A DNA stretch of 64,000 nucleotides from Dehalococcoidia bacterium (GTDB taxonomy: Bacteria > Chloroflexota > Dehalococcoidia > UBA2979). Location of the stretch: positions 3,520,001 to 3,584,000 of the forward strand of contig OZ253555.1 of assembly GCA_965262725.1 (NCBI GenBank), written 5' to 3'. The notes beneath the pieces were generated by a model. It did not search any database, was not told where the DNA came from, and saw nothing but the letters and a program-made list of their open reading frames with translations. Position 1 is the stretch's first letter; every line of letters starts with the position of its first letter. The position numbers and the translations under genes were made by a program. Shown in pieces: positions 1 to 9,316 of the stretch.

Positions 1-64
1 GCGCCGCGGAGCACCGTACACTCTTCCGACGCACACCCCGGAGCTCTCGCGAGGGGAGGCCACC

Positions 65-847
65 GTGGCCTACGAGTTCGCCACCTACGAGCGCCGGCCA
101 GCCGAGCACGTCGCGATCGTCACCATGAACCGGCCCGAGTCGATGAACGCGCTGCACAATCCCGCCTCGCAGGAGATGGCCGCGATCTGGGACGACTTCG
201 CAGCCGACCCGGAGCTCTGGGTCGCCATCCTGACCGGCGCCGGGGAGCGGGCGTTCTCGGCCGGGATGGACCTGAAGTGGCGGAGGGGCGAGGGCGATCC
301 CGACCGACCGGAGTCGGGGTGGGGTGGGCTCCTGACCAGGTTCGACCTGCAGAAGCCGATCATCGCCGCGGTCAACGGCTGGGCGATGGGCGGCGGACTC
401 GAGATCGCGCTCGCCTGCGACCTGGCCATCGCCGCCGAGCACGCGCAACTCGGGCTGCCGGAGGTGCGCGTCGGCACGATCGGCTCGGACTCGGGGGGCA
501 TACACCGGCTGCCGCGCCAGATCCCGCAGAAGATTGCCCTCGCGATGATCCTCACCGGCCGCCCCATCAGCGCTCAGGAGGCGCACCGCATCGGACTCGT
601 CAACGAGGTGGTGCCGGCCGACCAGCTGATCCCCGCCGCGCTGCGCTGGGCCGGCTGGATCGTGGAGGCGGCGCCGCTCGCCGTTCGCGGCGCGAAGGAG
701 GCGGCCTTCGCCGGTCTCGACCTCCCGCTCCCTGCCGCCATCCTGCGCCGCTACCACGGCGTCGACCGTAACCGCGCCTCCGCCGACCAGGAGGAGGGCC
801 GGCGCGCCTTCCAGGAGAAGCGCCCTCCCCGCTGGAGCGGCCGCTAA
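65..847 (+). CDS. Enoyl-CoA hydratase/isomerase (crotonase) family protein
   Basis: Crotonase motifs AFSAGMDL, KPIIAAVNGWAMGGGLEIALACD, LPEVRVG; GGAGG RBS before GTG. Confidence 0.92.
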   Translation: MAYEFATYERRPAEHVAIVTMNRPESMNALHNPASQEMAAIWDDFAADPELWVAILTGAGERAFSAGMDLKWRRGEGDPDRPESGWGGLLTRFDLQKPIIAAVNGWAMGGGLEIALACDLAIAAEHAQLGLPEVRVGTIGSDSGGIHRLPRQIPQKIALAMILTGRPISAQEAHRIGLVNEVVPADQLIPAALRWAGWIVEAAPLAVRGAKEAAFAGLDLPLPAAILRRYHGVDRNRASADQEEGRRAFQEKRPPRWSGR

Positions 848-850
848 GGC

Positions 851-1378
851 GTGGCGGCGGATCACGGCCCGGGCGGCGCTCGCGACCGGGAGCGCGCGGC
901 TCGAGCGCGCCTCGCCGAGGCGATGGCGGCTCACAGCCGGGGCGCGATCGATGAAGCACTCGCCCTAGCGAGCGAGGCGACCGAGCTCTGCCCGAGCCTT
1001 GCCGCCGCGCACGCCTACATCGGCAACACGCTCGTCACCAGGCGCCGCCGCTTCGCAGACGGCCTCGCCGCGCTCGAGCGGGCCACGACGCTCGCTCCCG
1101 ACGACGCCACGACCTGGTACACGCTCGGCTGGTGCCGCGAGTACGCAGCGCACGCGATGGGTCGCGGACGCGGGCGCTACCAGGCCGCTGCAGGCGACGT
1201 CCCGGAGCTCTACCGCCAGGCGCGCGACGCCCTCATGCTCGCGCGGACGCTCGATCCCGACGACGCGCTCCGCGGGGATATCGAGGACATGCTTGACGTG
1301 ATCGCCTCCGCCACCGGCGAGCCGTGGGATATGGAGCCGGTCGAGCGCGCGGCGCCGAGAGCCCGGGGCCCGCGCTAG
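851..1378 (+). CDS. TPR-repeat protein
   Basis: TPR-like helices (AAAHAYIGNTL, ATTLAPDDATTWYTLG, ARTLDPDD); starts 3 nt after the crotonase stop. Confidence 0.7.
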   Translation: MAADHGPGGARDRERAARARLAEAMAAHSRGAIDEALALASEATELCPSLAAAHAYIGNTLVTRRRRFADGLAALERATTLAPDDATTWYTLGWCREYAAHAMGRGRGRYQAAAGDVPELYRQARDALMLARTLDPDDALRGDIEDMLDVIASATGEPWDMEPVERAAPRARGPR

Positions 1379-1408
1379 GCGCGCGGCGGGGAGAGGGCGG
1401 CACCCCGA

Positions 1409-2206
1409 TCAGAAGAGCTCGGCCTCCGAGCCAAGCCACTGCCGGATGAGCCGGTTCAGCGATCCGTCCTCCTTCATGGAGGCGAGGGCGCGTTCGAGCC
1501 TCTCCCGCAGGCCGGCATCGCCCTCGCGCACGCCGATGCCGATACCGGAGTCCAGCGCCACGCGGGGCCCGACGATCGCCAGCACACCGCCGCTCCCTCC
1601 GACGCTCTCCCGCGCGAAGGCGAGGTCCACCAGCGCGGCATCCACCTCGCCGCTCGCGACCGCGTCGAGAAGGTCGGACGGGAGCTCGTACTCCACCAGC
1701 GTCCTGCCCGCCTCCGAGAGGTACTCCGAATGGACGGTGGACGCCTGCGCCGCGACCGTCCCGGCAGCCACGTCGTCGCCCGCGCCGACCACAGCGAGAT
1801 AGACCGAGGGCGCGGGCGGCACGTACGGCTGCGTGAAGTCGATGGTCTCGTCCCGCTCCTCGGTGATGCTCATGCCGGCCAGAATCGCGTCGATCTCTGC
1901 CCCGGTGAGCGCGGGAATCAGACGCTCCCACTCCGTGATCACCCACGAGCATTCGAGGCCGGCTCTCCGGCACAGCTCGTCGCCCAGCTCCCGCTCGAAG
2001 CCGTCGACCTCTCCGCTCTCGTCGATGAAGTTGAAGGGAGGGTAGGTCCCGTCCGTCCCGATCCGGAGGGGATCCGAATCGCCCGCACGGGCCAGGAGCG
2101 CCGCGGATAGAATGGCCAGGGCGAGGATCGCCGCCCCCGCAAGCACGATCCGGCGGCGCCCGCCGCCGGCTGGCGGACCCGCGGCAACGCGCCGCGCGGC
2201 GTTCAC
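1409..2206 (-). CDS. Amino-acid ABC transporter substrate-binding protein (family 3)
   Basis: GTDGTYPPFNF, DAILAGMSITEER, IDFTQPY motifs; N-terminal hydrophobic segment; start GTG 2206 or ATG 2242. Confidence 0.88.
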   Translation of the reverse strand: MNAARRVAAGPPAGGGRRRIVLAGAAILALAILSAALLARAGDSDPLRIGTDGTYPPFNFIDESGEVDGFERELGDELCRRAGLECSWVITEWERLIPALTGAEIDAILAGMSITEERDETIDFTQPYVPPAPSVYLAVVGAGDDVAAGTVAAQASTVHSEYLSEAGRTLVEYELPSDLLDAVASGEVDAALVDLAFARESVGGSGGVLAIVGPRVALDSGIGIGVREGDAGLRERLERALASMKEDGSLNRLIRQWLGSEAELF

Positions 2207-2349
2207 CCGACCCCCTGGCCGCCGGCGGCCGGTCCGCCGCATACCATCACCCCTGCGGGAGCGCTCACCGGCACCGGAGCGGGCATACCATGCCTCCCGA
2301 CGGCAACCACCCGGTGAAAGTACACCGCGCCGCGGACGGAGACCAGACC

Positions 2350-3177
2350 GTGCCCTACCTCGACGGCAACGGCGGATTCCGGCTCTACTACGAGGCGCAC
2401 GGCGGCGGAACGGCCGTGCTCTTCGCGCACGGCGCCGGCGGCAACGGGCTCTCCTGGTGGCAGCAGGTGCCGTCCTTCCGGGAGCGCTACCGCGCCATCA
2501 CCTTCGACCATCGCGCCTTCGGCCGCTCGCCCGACATCGAGGGTGGACCCGGACGCCGGGCCTTCGCCGAGGACGCGCGCGCCCTGCTCGATCACCTCGG
2601 CGTGGACCGGATGCACCTGGTGGCGCAGTCGATGGGCGGGCGCACCGCTATCGGTCTCCTCCGGCTGGTCCGGGAGCGCTTTGCCTCGATCGTCTTCTCC
2701 GGCACCTCGGGGGGCTGCGTCGACGACCGCTACCGGGCACGCAAGGCCGAGCTCGAGGCGGCGGGCGTTCTCCGCGGCCCTCTGCTCGGTCGCGCGCTCG
2801 GCGGGGACTTCGCCGAGCGCCAGCCGGAGCGTGCCTTCCTCTACCGACAGCTGCGCTCCGTCAATCCCCCGCGCCCCCGCGATTTCCTCGCGCCGGATCC
2901 GCGCCTCCGCTCCTACCGCGGCTCGACGGCGCCGCGCCTCATCGAGAGCGGGCTGCCGCTCCTGTGGATCGTCGGCGAGCACGACCGGGTCGTCGCACCG
3001 GAGTTGATCCGCATCTCGCACGAGCTCACGCCGGGATCGCGTTTCGCCGAGATCGCAGGGACCGGGCACTCCGCCTACTTCGAGCGGCCCGACGCGTGGA
3101 ACGAGGCGGTGCTCGACTTCATCGACGGGATCGAGAACGGGCGAGTCGCCGCGACCGACCGTGTGGCCTCCCCGTAG
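2350..3177 (+). CDS. Alpha/beta hydrolase
   Basis: HGAGG oxyanion motif, AQSMGG nucleophile elbow, GEHD acid, GHSAYFE His; GGAG RBS before GTG 2350. Confidence 0.88.
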   Translation: MPYLDGNGGFRLYYEAHGGGTAVLFAHGAGGNGLSWWQQVPSFRERYRAITFDHRAFGRSPDIEGGPGRRAFAEDARALLDHLGVDRMHLVAQSMGGRTAIGLLRLVRERFASIVFSGTSGGCVDDRYRARKAELEAAGVLRGPLLGRALGGDFAERQPERAFLYRQLRSVNPPRPRDFLAPDPRLRSYRGSTAPRLIESGLPLLWIVGEHDRVVAPELIRISHELTPGSRFAEIAGTGHSAYFERPDAWNEAVLDFIDGIENGRVAATDRVASP

Positions 3178-3216
3178 CGAGGGAACCGACCCGCCTCAGG
3201 CCGAGCGCGGAGCGGC

Positions 3217-3498
3217 TCAGCCCGCCCGCTCCTCGATCGCGCGGGCGAGCGCGAGATCCCGCTCGGTGATCCCCCCGGCATCGTGGGTGGAGAGCTCGAC
3301 GCGGACGCGGTTGTAGGTGTTGGTGAGGGTCGGGTGGTGGTTCGCCCGCTCGGCGAGCGCGCCTACCTGCGCGATCAGCCCGAGTGCCGCCACGAAGTCG
3401 CCGAGCTCGTACTCGCGCACGATCGACTCACCCTCGCGCCGCCACCCGGGAAGCGAGTCGAGCCGGTGCGCGATCTCGGCATCGTCCAGAGTCGCCAT
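3217..3498 (-). CDS. Pterin-4a-carbinolamine dehydratase
   Basis: AERANHHP and LSTHDAGGITERD motifs; about 93 aa from ATG 3498. Confidence 0.92.
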   Translation of the reverse strand: MATLDDAEIAHRLDSLPGWRREGESIVREYELGDFVAALGLIAQVGALAERANHHPTLTNTYNRVRVELSTHDAGGITERDLALARAIEERAG

Positions 3499-3634
3499 CG
3501 GCCCCCCCTGACCCGCGCGACGACGTTCGCCCCGCCGCCACCGTGAGAAGATAGCGCGGACGCGGGCGCGGCGGCGCCTCCCGCGCAGAGGGTGGCGGGG
3601 GACGGCGAGGCCGTCACCGACCACGGAGGTCACC

Positions 3635-5008
3635 GTGGCGTCGATTCTCGAGCGCTACGAGGCGCTGCACCCCGGCTCGAGGCGTCTCGCGCTGCGAGCC
3701 GGTCGCGTCTTCCCCACCGGTGTTACGCACGACCTCCGGGCCTTCTCCCCGTTTCCCCTCTACGCCGAGCGCGCGGAGGGGGCGCGCAAGTGGGACGTCG
3801 ACGGGAACGAGCTCGTCGACTACATCGGCGGTCACGGCGCGCTGCTGCTCGGCCACAACCGGCCCGAGGTGATGGAGGCGGTCAAAGAGGCGCTCTCCGA
3901 CGGCACGCACTTCGGCTCCTCGCACCGGCGCGAAGTCGAGTGGGCGGAGCAGGTGCTCGCCATGGTGCCGTGCGGGGAGCGCGTGCGGTTCACGAGTTCC
4001 GGCACCGAGGCGACGATGATGGCGCTTCGGTTGGCGCGCGCCTACACGGGCCGGGAACACGTCGTCAAGCTCGCCGAGCACTTCCACGGCTGGCACGACC
4101 TCGTGACGGGTCGCACAACGCCCGACGATCCCCGGCCCGAATCGCCGGGCGTCCCGGAGGGGTTCTTCGACTCGCTGACGGTGCTCCCCGCGGGCGATGA
4201 GGAGGCGCTGCGCGAGCGGCTGTCGAAGCGCGACGTCGCCGCCGTGATCGTCGAGCCGACCGGTGCGCACTGGGGCAGGCACCCCCTTCCGGCCTCCTAC
4301 CTCGTCACGGCGCGGGAGGCCACGGCCCAGACGGGCGCCCTGCTCGTCCTCGACGAGGTGATCACGGGCTTCCGGCTGGCACCCGGCGGCGCCCAGGAGC
4401 GCTTTGGCATCGTCCCCGATCTCTCCACGCACGCGAAGATCCTCGCCGGCGGCCTCCCCGGCGGCTGCGTGACCGGACGCGGCGACATCCTCTCGATGCT
4501 TGAGATGCGCGACGGAGACGGCGACTGGAACCGCCGCCTGCGTGTTCACCACCCGGGAACGTTCAACGCCAACCCCGTCTCCGCCGCCGCCGGGAGGGCC
4601 GCGCTGCGGTTGATCGCGGACGGTACGGAGACGACCCGCGCCGATGCGACCTGCGGACGGCTGGTGCGCGGGCTCAATTCCCTCTTCGAGGAGCTCGATG
4701 TCGCGGCATCGGCATGGGCCTTCTCCTCGATGTGGCATCTCAATCTCGGAGCCCCCGACGACGGCGATGTCCATCGACCCGCTGATGTCGAATGGGACGC
4801 GCCCGGCGACCCGCCGGGCGTGCGCCCCGACCTCGAGCGCCCGCTGAAGTGCGCCCTCGCCACCCACGGCGTCGATCTGATGGGAACGGGCGGGATGGTC
4901 TCGTCGGCGCACGGCGACGCCGAGATCGACCGCACGCTCGACGCCTTCCGCCACTCGATCGGCGACCTCCGCGCCGACGGGTTCTTGGCCTCGGTGTCGC
5001 TCCGATAG
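3635..5008 (+). CDS. Class III PLP aminotransferase (glutamate-1-semialdehyde aminomutase-like)
   Basis: WDVDGNELVD, RFTSSGTEA, FHGWHD, DEVITGFR, AKILAGGLP (PLP Lys), GTFNANP. Confidence 0.9.
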   Translation: MASILERYEALHPGSRRLALRAGRVFPTGVTHDLRAFSPFPLYAERAEGARKWDVDGNELVDYIGGHGALLLGHNRPEVMEAVKEALSDGTHFGSSHRREVEWAEQVLAMVPCGERVRFTSSGTEATMMALRLARAYTGREHVVKLAEHFHGWHDLVTGRTTPDDPRPESPGVPEGFFDSLTVLPAGDEEALRERLSKRDVAAVIVEPTGAHWGRHPLPASYLVTAREATAQTGALLVLDEVITGFRLAPGGAQERFGIVPDLSTHAKILAGGLPGGCVTGRGDILSMLEMRDGDGDWNRRLRVHHPGTFNANPVSAAAGRAALRLIADGTETTRADATCGRLVRGLNSLFEELDVAASAWAFSSMWHLNLGAPDDGDVHRPADVEWDAPGDPPGVRPDLERPLKCALATHGVDLMGTGGMVSSAHGDAEIDRTLDAFRHSIGDLRADGFLASVSLR

Positions 5009-5052
5009 AGGTTGCTCAGATGGGCGGGACGACGTCCTCCGGGGGTCTCCGC

Positions 5053-5103
5053 TTGCCGCACCGCCTGCTGCGTGGATAATGGATTGTGCCGGATCACACA
5101 ATC
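5053..5103 (+). promoter_or_regulatory. Putative sigma70 promoter with downstream palindromic operator
   Basis: TTGCCG (5053) ... GATAAT (5075-5080), then inverted repeat GATTGTG-N8-CACAATC (5082-5103) upstream of the XRE gene. Confidence 0.55.
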
Positions 5104-5143
5104 GCTGGCGCGGTGACGCGCCGGTCAGCTAGGGGAGACTGGA

Positions 5144-5485
5144 ATGACCAGCATGCGCTCCGAGTTCGCGAGGCGGCGCGCCACCGGGAAGCGAATTCGC
5201 GAGTGGCGGCAGCGCCGCGCGCTCTCGCAGGCCGCGGTTGCACGCGCCGCCGACATCACGCAGGCGTCCCTCTCCAACTACGAGACCGGGAAGCGCGATC
5301 TCCCGCTCTCCACCCTGCTCAACCTCTCCGCAGCGCTCGACGTCCCGATCGGCGACCTGATCGCAACGCCCGACGTGATCGTCGTCAGAGACTCGAGGCT
5401 CGGCTCGGTCGTCCGCACGCTCACCATGCGGCCCGACCTCGCCTCCGTCGTCACCGAGAGAGAGGCGGCCACGGCCGCCTCCTAG
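5144..5485 (+). CDS. XRE-family HTH transcriptional regulator
   Basis: IREWRQRRALSQAAVARAADITQASLSNYETGKR is a typical HTH_3 domain; GGAG RBS. Confidence 0.9.
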   Translation: MTSMRSEFARRRATGKRIREWRQRRALSQAAVARAADITQASLSNYETGKRDLPLSTLLNLSAALDVPIGDLIATPDVIVVRDSRLGSVVRTLTMRPDLASVVTEREAATAAS

Positions 5486-5701
5486 GGGCGCCTCCTCTGG
5501 CCAACCGGCAGGCTGTGCGCCCCACGGAGGTACGAGCCTGCCCCGCCCCACGCGATCCCGGCCGCCCGGCGTCGGTTCGCGGTGGCGGCGTATACCCTGC
5601 GTATACTCTGTCGGCGTAGAGAGCCTGGCCCACGGCCGGCACTCGTGCGATCCCTAGAGGGGCTCGCGACCCATCGCACACGGCAGGGAAGGTGCGGCCC
5701 C

Positions 5702-7102
5702 GTGGTCGACCACAGAGCCACAACCGTCCGGGAGCTGCGCGAGTCGGGCTACGAGCTGCGGCCGGTGCGCGAGGAGATGCGCCTCAACCTGATCGCGGGG
5801 CTCCGGGACGACCGCGATCTCTTCCCCGGGATCATCGGGTACGACGAGACGGTCCTGCCCAGGCTTCAGAACGCCATCCTCTCCGCGCAGGACATTATCC
5901 TCCTCGGCGAGCGCGGACAGGCGAAGACTCGGATCCTCCGCGGCCTCACCGCGCTCCTCGACGAGTGGACGCCGGTGCTCGACGGCGTCGAGATCCCGGA
6001 GAACCCCTTCGCCCCCATCAGCGCGCCGGGTCGCCAGCTCGTGGACGAGCAGGGCGAGAACGCCCCCATCCGCTGGATGCACCGCTCCGAGCGCTACGCC
6101 GAGAAGCTCGCGACTCCCGACATCACGATCGCCGACCTCATCGGCGAGGTGGATCCGATCAAGGTCGCCGAGGGGCGCTACCTCTCTGACGAGCTGACGA
6201 TGCACTACGGCCTGATCCCACACACCAACCGCGGCATCTTCGCGATCAACGAGCTGCCCGACCTCGCCGAGCGCATCCAGGTGGGTCTTCTCAACGTCAT
6301 GGAGGAGCGGGACATCCAGATCCGGGGGCACAAGGTCCGCCTCGCCCTGGACGTGCTGGTCGTCGCCACCGCCAACCCGGAGGACTACACGAACCGGGGG
6401 CGCATCATCACCCCCCTCAAGGACCGCTACGGCTCGCAGATCCGCACGCACTACCCGCAGGCGCTCGAGGACGAGATCGCGATCATGGAGGCGGAGGGGC
6501 ACAGCTACCGCTCCGACGAGTTCGAGGTCATCGTCCCCGAGCACATGAAGGAGATCGTCGCCGAAATCACGCGCCTCGCCAGGCGCTCGCCCGACGTGAA
6601 CCAGCGCTCGGGCGTCTCGGTGCGCGCGTCGGTCGCCAACTACGAGGCGCTGCTCGCGAACGCGCTGAGGCGCGCGATACGGCTGGGCGAGCGCTCCGTG
6701 GTTCCCCGCATCTCCGACCTGCCGTTCGTGATTCCCTCGCTGCAGGGAAAGGTGGAGTTCGAGACGGTCGAGGAGGGTCGCGACGAGCAGGTGGTCGAGC
6801 GGCTGCTCCAGGGGGCGGTGGTCGCCGTCTTCAACCGCCGCTGCTCCGTGACCGACCTCGCTCCGGTCATCGACGCCTTCTCCGAGGGGGCGTCGGTCGA
6901 GACCGGCGAGAACCTCCAGAGCGCGGCCTACCAGCAGCTGCTGGCCCACGTGGCGGGGCTTGGCGAGGCGGTCGAACGGGTCGCGCCGGGAGCGCCGCCC
7001 GCCGTCGAGGCCTCCGCGATCGAGTTCCTGCTCGAGGGGCTCCACCTCAACAAGCGCCTCAACAAGGAGGCGCTGGCCGGCCGGACGCGGTACCGGGGCT
7101 AG
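5702..7102 (+). CDS. Mg-chelatase/MoxR-related AAA+ ATPase (resembles mycobacterial Rv0958 type)
   Basis: Walker A GERGQAKT, Walker B-like FAINELPDL, TANPEDYTNRGRIITPLKDR; start GTG 5702 inferred. Confidence 0.85.
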   Translation: MVDHRATTVRELRESGYELRPVREEMRLNLIAGLRDDRDLFPGIIGYDETVLPRLQNAILSAQDIILLGERGQAKTRILRGLTALLDEWTPVLDGVEIPENPFAPISAPGRQLVDEQGENAPIRWMHRSERYAEKLATPDITIADLIGEVDPIKVAEGRYLSDELTMHYGLIPHTNRGIFAINELPDLAERIQVGLLNVMEERDIQIRGHKVRLALDVLVVATANPEDYTNRGRIITPLKDRYGSQIRTHYPQALEDEIAIMEAEGHSYRSDEFEVIVPEHMKEIVAEITRLARRSPDVNQRSGVSVRASVANYEALLANALRRAIRLGERSVVPRISDLPFVIPSLQGKVEFETVEEGRDEQVVERLLQGAVVAVFNRRCSVTDLAPVIDAFSEGASVETGENLQSAAYQQLLAHVAGLGEAVERVAPGAPPAVEASAIEFLLEGLHLNKRLNKEALAGRTRYRG

Positions 7103-7106
7103 CGCC

Positions 7107-9275
7107 GTGGCGCCGCGCTACCGCTACAGCGAGTGGGACGGCTCGCAGGAGCTGCCGGCCCTAGACGCCGAGCAGGTGCTCGAGGCGCTCTCCGATGACC
7201 TCCTGAACTTCGGGGACCTCCAGCACGCTCTGAGGAACATGCTGCAGCGCGGGATCCGTGGCGGACCGGGCGAGCGCACGCCGGGGCTGCGAGACCTACT
7301 GCAGCGGGTGCGCGCCCAGCGCCGCGAGCGGCTCGATCGCTTCGACCTCGGCGGGGTGATGGAGAACGTGCACCGCGAGCTCGCGGAGCTCCTCGCCCTG
7401 GAGCGCGAGACGCTCGAGCGGCGGCTGCGCGAAGCCAGCGACGAGCTCTCCCCCGGTACGGCGGACGCCGCGGATGCCGAGGCTCGGGCGGGAGATACGG
7501 GCGCCGACGCCGACGCGGAGGGCGGCGGGGAGGCCCCGGCGCCCGAGGGGGGCCAGCAGCCCGCGACGCCGGGCGACGCGACGGGAGCGGGCGGCGAGGA
7601 TGCCGACCTCGCGCGCATGCTGCGGCGGATCGTCGAGCGCAAGCAGCGCTTCCTCGACGAGCTGCCTCCCGACGCCCCCGGCCAGATCGGCGCCCTCCAA
7701 GGCTACGAGTTCCTCGACCCCGACGCGCAGCACCGCTTCCAGGACCTGCTCCGTCAGCTGCGCGAGGGGATGGCCGAGTCCTTCTTCCGGGACGTGTCGA
7801 AGATGGTCCAGGAGATGTCCGACGGCGACACCGAGCGGATGAAGCAGATGGTGCGCGATCTCAACGACATGCTGACCCAGCGCATGCGTGGCGAGGAACC
7901 CGACTTCGACTCCTTCCTTCAGCGCTACGGCGACATGCTCGGCGAGAACCCGCCCCAGAACCTCGATGATCTCATCGAGCAGCTCCAGGCCCAAGCGCGC
8001 GCTCTGCGGTCGCTGATGGAGTCGCTCCCTCCCGGCCACCGCCAGCAGCTCGAGAGCCTGCTCTCGGAGAAGCTCGGAGACGAGGAGCTGCGCGCGGAGC
8101 TCTTCGAGCTCGCCCAGAACATCGAGTTCCTCTCACCGTCCGGGGAGCGCCAGCCGGGCGCCTATCCCTTCCGCGGCGACGAGGAACTAGACCTGCAAGC
8201 CGCCCTCGGGCTGATGGACGAGATGCACGAGATCGACGCGCTCGAGCGCGGGCTGGAGCGAGCGCAGTACGGGGGCGATCTCGACCACGTCGATCGCGAC
8301 GCTCTGCGTGAGTTGCTCGGCGACGACGCCGCCGAGGATCTCGACCGGCTCTCGGAGCTCCTCAAGATGCTGGAGCGGGCCGGCTACCTGCGCCGCGACG
8401 GCGACGAGTGGGAGCTCACGCCGCGGGGGACGCGCCTCATCGGCCAGAAGGCGCTGGTCGAGATCTACCAGCAGCTGCGCCGCTACGGCTTCGGCTTCGG
8501 CGACCACGCCCTCCCCGAATCGGGCCGCCACGGCGAACGCACCGACGACACGAAGCCGTACGAATTCGGCGATCCCTTCCACCTCCACATCGAGCGCACG
8601 GTCATGAACGCGCTGGAGCGCGGCGGCCCGAGCACGCCGGTTAAGCTCTCGGCCGACGACTTCGCGATCTACCGGTCGGAGCAGCTGACACAGACCGCGA
8701 CCGTGATGATGGTCGACCTCTCGTGGTCGATGGCGCTGAGGGGCTCCTTCCAGGCCGCCAAGAAGGTGGCGATGGCCCTCCACAACCTGATCCGCTCGCA
8801 GTATCCGCGCGACAGCCTCTACCTCGTCGGATTCTCGGCCTACGCGCGGGAGCTGCGCCCCGAGGAGCTCCCCTACGTGCGCTGGGACGAGTCGGTGCTC
8901 GGCACCAACATGCACCACGCGCTGATGCTCGCCGAGCGGCTGCTGGCCCGCCACCGCGGCGGCACGAGGCAGATCCTGATGATCACCGACGGCGAGCCCA
9001 CGGCCCACCTCGAGCACGGCCGCTCGCGATTCGCCTACCCGCCGAGCCCGGCCACGATCCGCGAGACGCTGAAGGCGGTCATGCGCGTCTCCCGACAGGA
9101 CATCACGATCAACACGTTCATGCTCGATCGCAGCTACTACCTGAAGGACTTCGTCAACCAGCTGGCGAAGATCAACGGCGGCCGCGTCTTCTACACCACG
9201 CCGGACAAGCTCGGGGAGTACATCCTCGTCGACTACCTGCAGAACAAGCGACAGCGGCTCTCCGCGCGATCGTAG
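7107..9275 (+). CDS. Large helical protein with C-terminal VWA domain (Rv0959 type), partner of the upstream ATPase
   Basis: N-terminal RYRYSEWDG, C-terminal MIDAS DLSWS...GTN...ITDGEPT; starts 4 nt after the ATPase stop. Confidence 0.85.
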   Translation: MAPRYRYSEWDGSQELPALDAEQVLEALSDDLLNFGDLQHALRNMLQRGIRGGPGERTPGLRDLLQRVRAQRRERLDRFDLGGVMENVHRELAELLALERETLERRLREASDELSPGTADAADAEARAGDTGADADAEGGGEAPAPEGGQQPATPGDATGAGGEDADLARMLRRIVERKQRFLDELPPDAPGQIGALQGYEFLDPDAQHRFQDLLRQLREGMAESFFRDVSKMVQEMSDGDTERMKQMVRDLNDMLTQRMRGEEPDFDSFLQRYGDMLGENPPQNLDDLIEQLQAQARALRSLMESLPPGHRQQLESLLSEKLGDEELRAELFELAQNIEFLSPSGERQPGAYPFRGDEELDLQAALGLMDEMHEIDALERGLERAQYGGDLDHVDRDALRELLGDDAAEDLDRLSELLKMLERAGYLRRDGDEWELTPRGTRLIGQKALVEIYQQLRRYGFGFGDHALPESGRHGERTDDTKPYEFGDPFHLHIERTVMNALERGGPSTPVKLSADDFAIYRSEQLTQTATVMMVDLSWSMALRGSFQAAKKVAMALHNLIRSQYPRDSLYLVGFSAYARELRPEELPYVRWDESVLGTNMHHALMLAERLLARHRGGTRQILMITDGEPTAHLEHGRSRFAYPPSPATIRETLKAVMRVSRQDITINTFMLDRSYYLKDFVNQLAKINGGRVFYTTPDKLGEYILVDYLQNKRQRLSARS

Positions 9276-9316
9276 GCGCGAGGGACCGCGCCACGGCGAC
9301 CCACTAAGCTCGCGGC

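Noticed and set aside
6230-6265. Walker B with Asn (FAINELPD) suggesting an inactive ATPase
   Set aside because: The catalytic Glu is retained and, as I recall, this variant is typical of the subfamily.
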